NCBI RefSeq assembly: GCF_000017305.1
Contig: NC_009664.2
Coordinates: 1,560,001-1,592,000, forward strand
Reading direction: 5' to 3'
Length of the DNA: 32,000 nt
Origin: Kineococcus radiotolerans SRS30216 = ATCC BAA-149
GTDB taxonomy: Bacteria; Actinomycetota; Actinomycetes; Actinomycetales; Kineococcaceae
The number at the start of each line of letters is the position of its first letter. Position 1 is the stretch's first letter. The position numbers and the translations under genes are program-made. Of this stretch, positions 28,473-32,000 are shown piece by piece. Below the pieces are notes generated by a model that saw nothing but the letters and a program-made list of their open reading frames with translations, was not told where the DNA came from and made no database searches.

Positions 28473-28781
28473 TCAGAGCTTGATCTCGATGTCGACCCCG
28501 GCCGGGAGGTCGAGCCGCATGAGCGAGTCGACGGTCTTCGGCGTCGGGTCGATGATGTCGATGAGGCGCTTGTGAGTGCGCATCTCGAAGTGCTCGCGGC
28601 TGTCCTTGTACTTGTGCGGCGAGCGGATAACGCAGTAGACGTTCTTCTCGGTCGGCAGCGGCACGGGCCCAGCGACCGAGGCGCCCGTCCGGGTCACCGT
28701 GTCGACGATCTTGCGCGCCGAGCTGTCGATGACCTCGTGGTCGTAGGCCTTGAGCCTGATGCGGATCTTCTGTCCCGCCAT
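28473..28781 (-). CDS. rpsJ: 30S ribosomal protein S10
   Basis: [29 protein letters not shown]...RLIDI (102 aa). Confidence 0.97.
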   Translation of the reverse strand: MAGQKIRIRLKAYDHEVIDSSARKIVDTVTRTGASVAGPVPLPTEKNVYCVIRSPHKYKDSREHFEMRTHKRLIDIIDPTPKTVDSLMRLDLPAGVDIEIKL

Positions 28782-28835
28782 GGCGTCGTCTGACTCTCTC
28801 TCTTCGTACCGCTACTGACTCGCGCGCGGCGCGGA

Positions 28836-28889
28836 GCACCTGCTCGGTGCCCCGACCCCCGAGGTCGGGCGTGTCGCGCCTCAGCGCGA
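28836..28889 (-). promoter_or_regulatory. three adjacent small hairpins in the presumptive rpsJ (S10 operon) leader
   Basis: The stems are UCGCGC/GCGCGA (28874..28889), CCCGACC/GGUCGGG (28851..28869) and GCACC/GGUGC (28836..28850). They lie 55 to 108 nt upstream of the rpsJ ATG. Confidence 0.3.
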
Positions 28890-29013
28890 TCTCCACCCTC
28901 ACTCGGTTGCCCGGTGTGGACCTGTCGTCCTGTTCAGGTTGCCCTGGGGGTTCCAGGTGAACCGTCCGCCGCCCGTACGAGACGTTCGACGTTCGCGGTC
29001 GCTGCCCGTGGTC

Positions 29014-29062
29014 CTGGTTCGGTCCCCGGATCGGGTGAGATCTTGATCCAGGCGCGAACCAG
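29014..29062. promoter_or_regulatory. 49-nt two-tier inverted repeat / hairpin in the tuf-rpsJ spacer
   Basis: The minus strand reads CTGGTTCG-cg-CCTGGATC-aagatctcaccc-GATCCGGG-gac-CGAACCAG. The outer stem is 8 bp and perfect. The inner stem is 8 bp with one G-U pair. Confidence 0.35.
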
Positions 29063-29176
29063 CGGCGCAGCAACCCCGACAGTCTGCCAGACGAGGTGGG
29101 TCGTTGGCGAATCGAGCCAGCAGCAGCAACGCGGTGGCTACTGCGAGGACTGCAGCGCAGTGCGCTGCACGACGAA

Positions 29177-29202
29177 GGGGCGGGTCCAGGTGGACCCGCC
29201 CC
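29177..29202 (-). terminator. putative intrinsic terminator downstream of tuf
   Basis: Perfect 11-bp GC stem (GGGGCGGGUCC / GGACCCGCCCC) with a 4-nt loop, followed on the mRNA by UUCGUCGU. A second, imperfect GC hairpin at 29220..29251 precedes it, 7 nt after the tuf stop. Confidence 0.55.
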
Positions 29203-29257
29203 TCCGTGCGGTGGGCGACCCGCCGGAGGGGGGTGACCCCTCCCCCGGCGGCTCAGC

Positions 29258-30451
29258 TCACTTGAGGATCTTGACGACCCGGCCGGCGCCCACGGTGCGG
29301 CCACCCTCGCGGATGGCGAACTTCAGGCCCTCTTCCATCGCGATGGGCTGGATGAGGTCGACCTTCATCTCGGTGTTGTCGCCGGGCATGACCATCTCGG
29401 TGCCCTCGGGCAGCGAGACGACGCCGGTGACGTCGGTCGTCCGGAAGTAGAACTGCGGACGGTAGTTGTTGTAGAAGGGCGTGTGACGGCCACCCTCGTC
29501 CTTGGACAGGATGTACGCCTGGCCCTCGAACTCGGTGTGCGGCGTGATGCTGCCGGGCTTGACCACGACCTGGCCGCGCTCGACGTCGTCGCGCTTGAGG
29601 CCACGCAGGAGCAGGGCGGCGTTGTCGCCGGCCTGGCCGGTGTCCAGCATCTTGTTGAACATCTCGATGCTGGTCACGGTGGTCTTGGTGGAGGTCGGCT
29701 TGATGCCGACGACCTCGACCTCCTGGTTGACGTTCAGGACACCGCGCTCGATGCGCCCGGTCACGACGGTGCCGCGGCCGGTGATCGTGAAGACGTCCTC
29801 GATGGGCATGAGGAACGGCTGGTCGATCGCGCGCTCGGGCTCCGGGATCGCGGTGTCGACCGCGTCCATGAGCTCCATCAGCTTGTCGCCCCACTCGGCG
29901 TCGCCCTCGAGGGCCTTCAGCGCCGAGACGCGGACCACGGGGACGTCGTCGCCCGGGAACTCGTAGGACGAGAGGAGCTCACGCACCTCCATCTCGACGA
30001 GCTCGAGGAGCTCCTCGTCCTCGACCATGTCGGCCTTGTTCAGCGCGACGACGATGTAGGGGACGCCGACCTGGCGGGCCAGGATGACGTGCTCCTTCGT
30101 CTGCGGCATCGGGCCGTCGGTGGCCGCGACCACGAGGATGGCGCCGTCCATCTGCGCCGCACCCGTGATCATGTTCTTGATGTAGTCCGCGTGACCCGGG
30201 CAGTCGACGTGGGCGTAGTGACGCGCCTCGGTCTGGTACTCGACGTGCGCGATCGAGATCGTGATGCCGCGCTGGCGCTCTTCGGGCGCCTTGTCGATCT
30301 GGTCGAACGCCGACGCCTTGTTCAGCTCCGGGAACTTGTCGTGCAGCACGCGGGTGATCGCCGCGGTCAGCGTCGTCTTCCCGTGGTCGATGTGACCGAT
30401 CGTGCCGATGTTGACGTGCGGCTTGGTCCGCTCGAACTTCGCCTTCGCCAC
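29258..30451 (-). CDS. tuf: elongation factor Tu
   Basis: (V)[27 protein letters not shown]...DCPGHADY...NKAD. The start was trimmed to GTG 30451, with GAGGAGGA 7 nt upstream. Confidence 0.98.
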   Translation of the reverse strand: MAKAKFERTKPHVNIGTIGHIDHGKTTLTAAITRVLHDKFPELNKASAFDQIDKAPEERQRGITISIAHVEYQTEARHYAHVDCPGHADYIKNMITGAAQMDGAILVVAATDGPMPQTKEHVILARQVGVPYIVVALNKADMVEDEELLELVEMEVRELLSSYEFPGDDVPVVRVSALKALEGDAEWGDKLMELMDAVDTAIPEPERAIDQPFLMPIEDVFTITGRGTVVTGRIERGVLNVNQEVEVVGIKPTSTKTTVTSIEMFNKMLDTGQAGDNAALLLRGLKRDDVERGQVVVKPGSITPHTEFEGQAYILSKDEGGRHTPFYNNYRPQFYFRTTDVTGVVSLPEGTEMVMPGDNTEMKVDLIQPIAMEEGLKFAIREGGRTVGAGRVVKILK

Positions 30452-30557
30452 TGGGGGTCCTCCTCGGACTGTCGTTATTTCCCCGACCCGGTTCAACGGG
30501 TGGGTGGGTGACCTGGCTGGTCACTGGCCCACACGGCGGTGGTCCAGGGGTCGTGCA

Positions 30558-30588
30558 GGGGGGACGGTCCGGCGTGGGCCGTCCCCCC
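30558..30588 (-). terminator. 10-bp perfect GC stem-loop after fusA
   Basis: GGGGGGACGG ... CCGTCCCCCC, starting about 19 nt after the fusA stop. There is no U-tract. Confidence 0.35.
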
Positions 30589-30606
30589 GAGTGCGTCAGG
30601 AGAGGG

Positions 30607-32000
30607 TCACTCCCCGCGGACCTTCTTCACGATCTCGTCCGCCACGTTCCGCGGGACTTCAGCGTAGTTGGAGAACTGCATCGAGTAGACCGCCCGGCCC
30701 TGCGTCTTCGACCGGAGGTCGCCGACGTAGCCGAACATCTCGGACAGCGGGACGGAGGCCTTCACGAGCTTGGCCCCGCTGACGTCCTCCATGGACTCGA
30801 TCTGCCCACGGCGGGAGTTCAGGTCGCCGATGACGTCGCCCATGTAGTCGGCGGGCGTACGCACCTCGACGGCCATGACGGGCTCGAGCAGCACGGGCTG
30901 AGCCTTGCGGACAGCTTCGCGCAGGACCATCTTGCCCGCGATCTTGAAGGCCATCTCCGACGAGTCGACGTCGTGCGCCGCACCGTCGATGAGGGAGGCC
31001 TTGATGCCGACGAGGGGGTACCCCGCGACGACACCCTCCTGCATGGCCTCCTGGATGCCGTTGTCCACGGAGGGGATGTACTCGCGCGGGACGCGGCCAC
31101 CGGTGACGGCGTTCACGAACTCGTAGAACGTCCCGTCCGCGGTGTCCAGGGGCTCGATCGAGACCTGCACCTTGGCGTACTGGCCCGAACCGCCGGTCTG
31201 CTTCTTGTGGACGTAGTCCTCCTTCAGCACCGCGCGACGGATCGTCTCGCGGTAGGCGACCTGCGGCTTGCCGACGTTCGCCTCGACCTTGTACTCGCGC
31301 TTCATCCGGTCGACGAGGATGTCGAGGTGGAGCTCGCCCATCCCCTTGATGATCGTCTGACCGGTCTCCTGGTCGAGCTCGACCTGGAAGGTCGGGTCCT
31401 CCTCGGCCAGGCGCTGGATCGCGGTGCCGAGCTTCTCCTGGTCGCCCTTGGTCTTGGGCTCGATGGCGACCGAGATGACGGGCTCGGGGAAGGTCATCGA
31501 CTCGAGGACGACCTGCTGAGCCGAGTCGGACAGCGTGTCGCCCGTCGTCGTCTCCTTCAGGCCGATCATCGCGTAGATGTGACCCGCGCGGGCCTCGTCG
31601 ACCGGGTTCTCCTTGTTGGAGTGCATCTGGAAGAGCTTCCCGATGCGCTCCTTCTTGCCCTTGGTCGAGTTCACGACCTGCGAGCCGGCCGCGACGACGC
31701 CCGAGTACACCCGGACGTAGGTCAGCTTGCCGAAGAACGGGTGCGCCGCGACCTTGAACGCGAGGGCCGAGAACGGCTCGGTCGCGTCCGGCTTGCGGAT
31801 GATCTCCACCGACTCGTCGCCGACCTTGTGCCCGATCATGGGCTTCACGTCGAGGGGCGAGGGGAGGTAGTCGATGACCGCGTCGAGCATGGGCTGGACG
31901 CCCTTGTTCTTGAACGCGGAGCCGCAGAAGATCGGGTACAGCTCGCTGTTGATCGTCAGCTTGCGGACCGCGGCCTTGATCTCCTCGGGGGTGAGGTCCT
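30607..32000 (-). CDS. fusA: elongation factor G (3' part; 5' end lies beyond window end)
   Basis: The reading frame is open to the window edge. Upstream of the track Met the frame reads ...[47 protein letters not shown]-terminal domains III to V follow. Confidence 0.97.
   Translation of the reverse strand, partial: DLTPEEIKAAVRKLTINSELYPIFCGSAFKNKGVQPMLDAVIDYLPSPLDVKPMIGHKVGDESVEIIRKPDATEPFSALAFKVAAHPFFGKLTYVRVYSGVVAAGSQVVNSTKGKKERIGKLFQMHSNKENPVDEARAGHIYAMIGLKETTTGDTLSDSAQQVVLESMTFPEPVISVAIEPKTKGDQEKLGTAIQRLAEEDPTFQVELDQETGQTIIKGMGELHLDILVDRMKREYKVEANVGKPQVAYRETIRRAVLKEDYVHKKQTGGSGQYAKVQVSIEPLDTADGTFYEFVNAVTGGRVPREYIPSVDNGIQEAMQEGVVAGYPLVGIKASLIDGAAHDVDSSEMAFKIAGKMVLREAVRKAQPVLLEPVMAVEVRTPADYMGDVIGDLNSRRGQIESMEDVSGAKLVKASVPLSEMFGYVGDLRSKTQGRAVYSMQFSNYAEVPRNVADEIVKKVRGE

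Noticed and set aside
28899-29129. 76-aa minus-strand ORF (and the plus-strand ORF 28914..29450) in the tuf-rpsJ spacer as a possible small protein
   Set aside because: About one third of its codons end in A or T by hand count, unlike genuine genes here. It has a TTG start with no SD and an Arg/Thr/Gly-rich sequence without motifs. The region is better explained as structured non-coding leader.
1-32000. Window-wide look for defence islands, toxin-antitoxin pairs, CRISPR repeats, integrases, transposases, tRNA or rRNA genes
   Set aside because: Every sizeable ORF is accounted for by a housekeeping family. I saw no regularly spaced direct repeats, no terminal inverted repeats flanking a gene block, and no cloverleaf-capable intergenic segment.

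Overview
Very GC-rich actinobacterial-type chromosomal DNA. Almost the whole window is the conserved translation supercluster on the minus strand. Reading 3' to 5' across the window: fusA(partial)-tuf | rpsJ-rplC-rplD-rplW-rplB-rpsS-rplV-rpsC-rplP-rpmC-rpsQ | rplN-rplX-rplE-rpsN-rpsH-rplF-rplR-rpsE-rpmD-rplO | secY-adk-map | infA-rpmJ-rpsM-rpsK-rpoA-rplQ-truA. These are followed by a SixA-like phosphatase and an ABC-F ATPase, then rplM-rpsI-glmM, then glmS, and finally acpS-nnr-alr plus a partial alpha/beta hydrolase. coaA is the only plus-strand gene and is divergent from glmS. Many neighbouring genes overlap stop and start codons (TGATG, GTGA, ATGA), which suggests translational coupling. 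Several ORF-track starts were trimmed to starts that have Shine-Dalgarno support. rpmJ and the partial hydrolase were added by hand because the track lacks them. I see no tRNA or rRNA genes, CRISPR arrays, transposases, integrases or defence-type genes. I do not find a convincing novel multi-gene system, and this is an ordinary core housekeeping region. The points worth a second look are small-scale. (1) truA has no ATG, GTG or TTG upstream of its conserved N-terminus, and only a CTG overlapping the rplQ stop is available. (2) A SixA-like/ABC-F pair appears to be appended to the alpha operon. (3) glmS and coaA look like back-to-back leaderless genes. (4) The partial hydrolase carries Cys where the nucleophile Ser is expected. 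(5) The 476-bp tuf-rpsJ spacer is non-coding and highly structured. (6) Unusually long, near-perfect GC hairpins recur at operon junctions. The long alternative-frame ORFs in the track are GC-composition artefacts.
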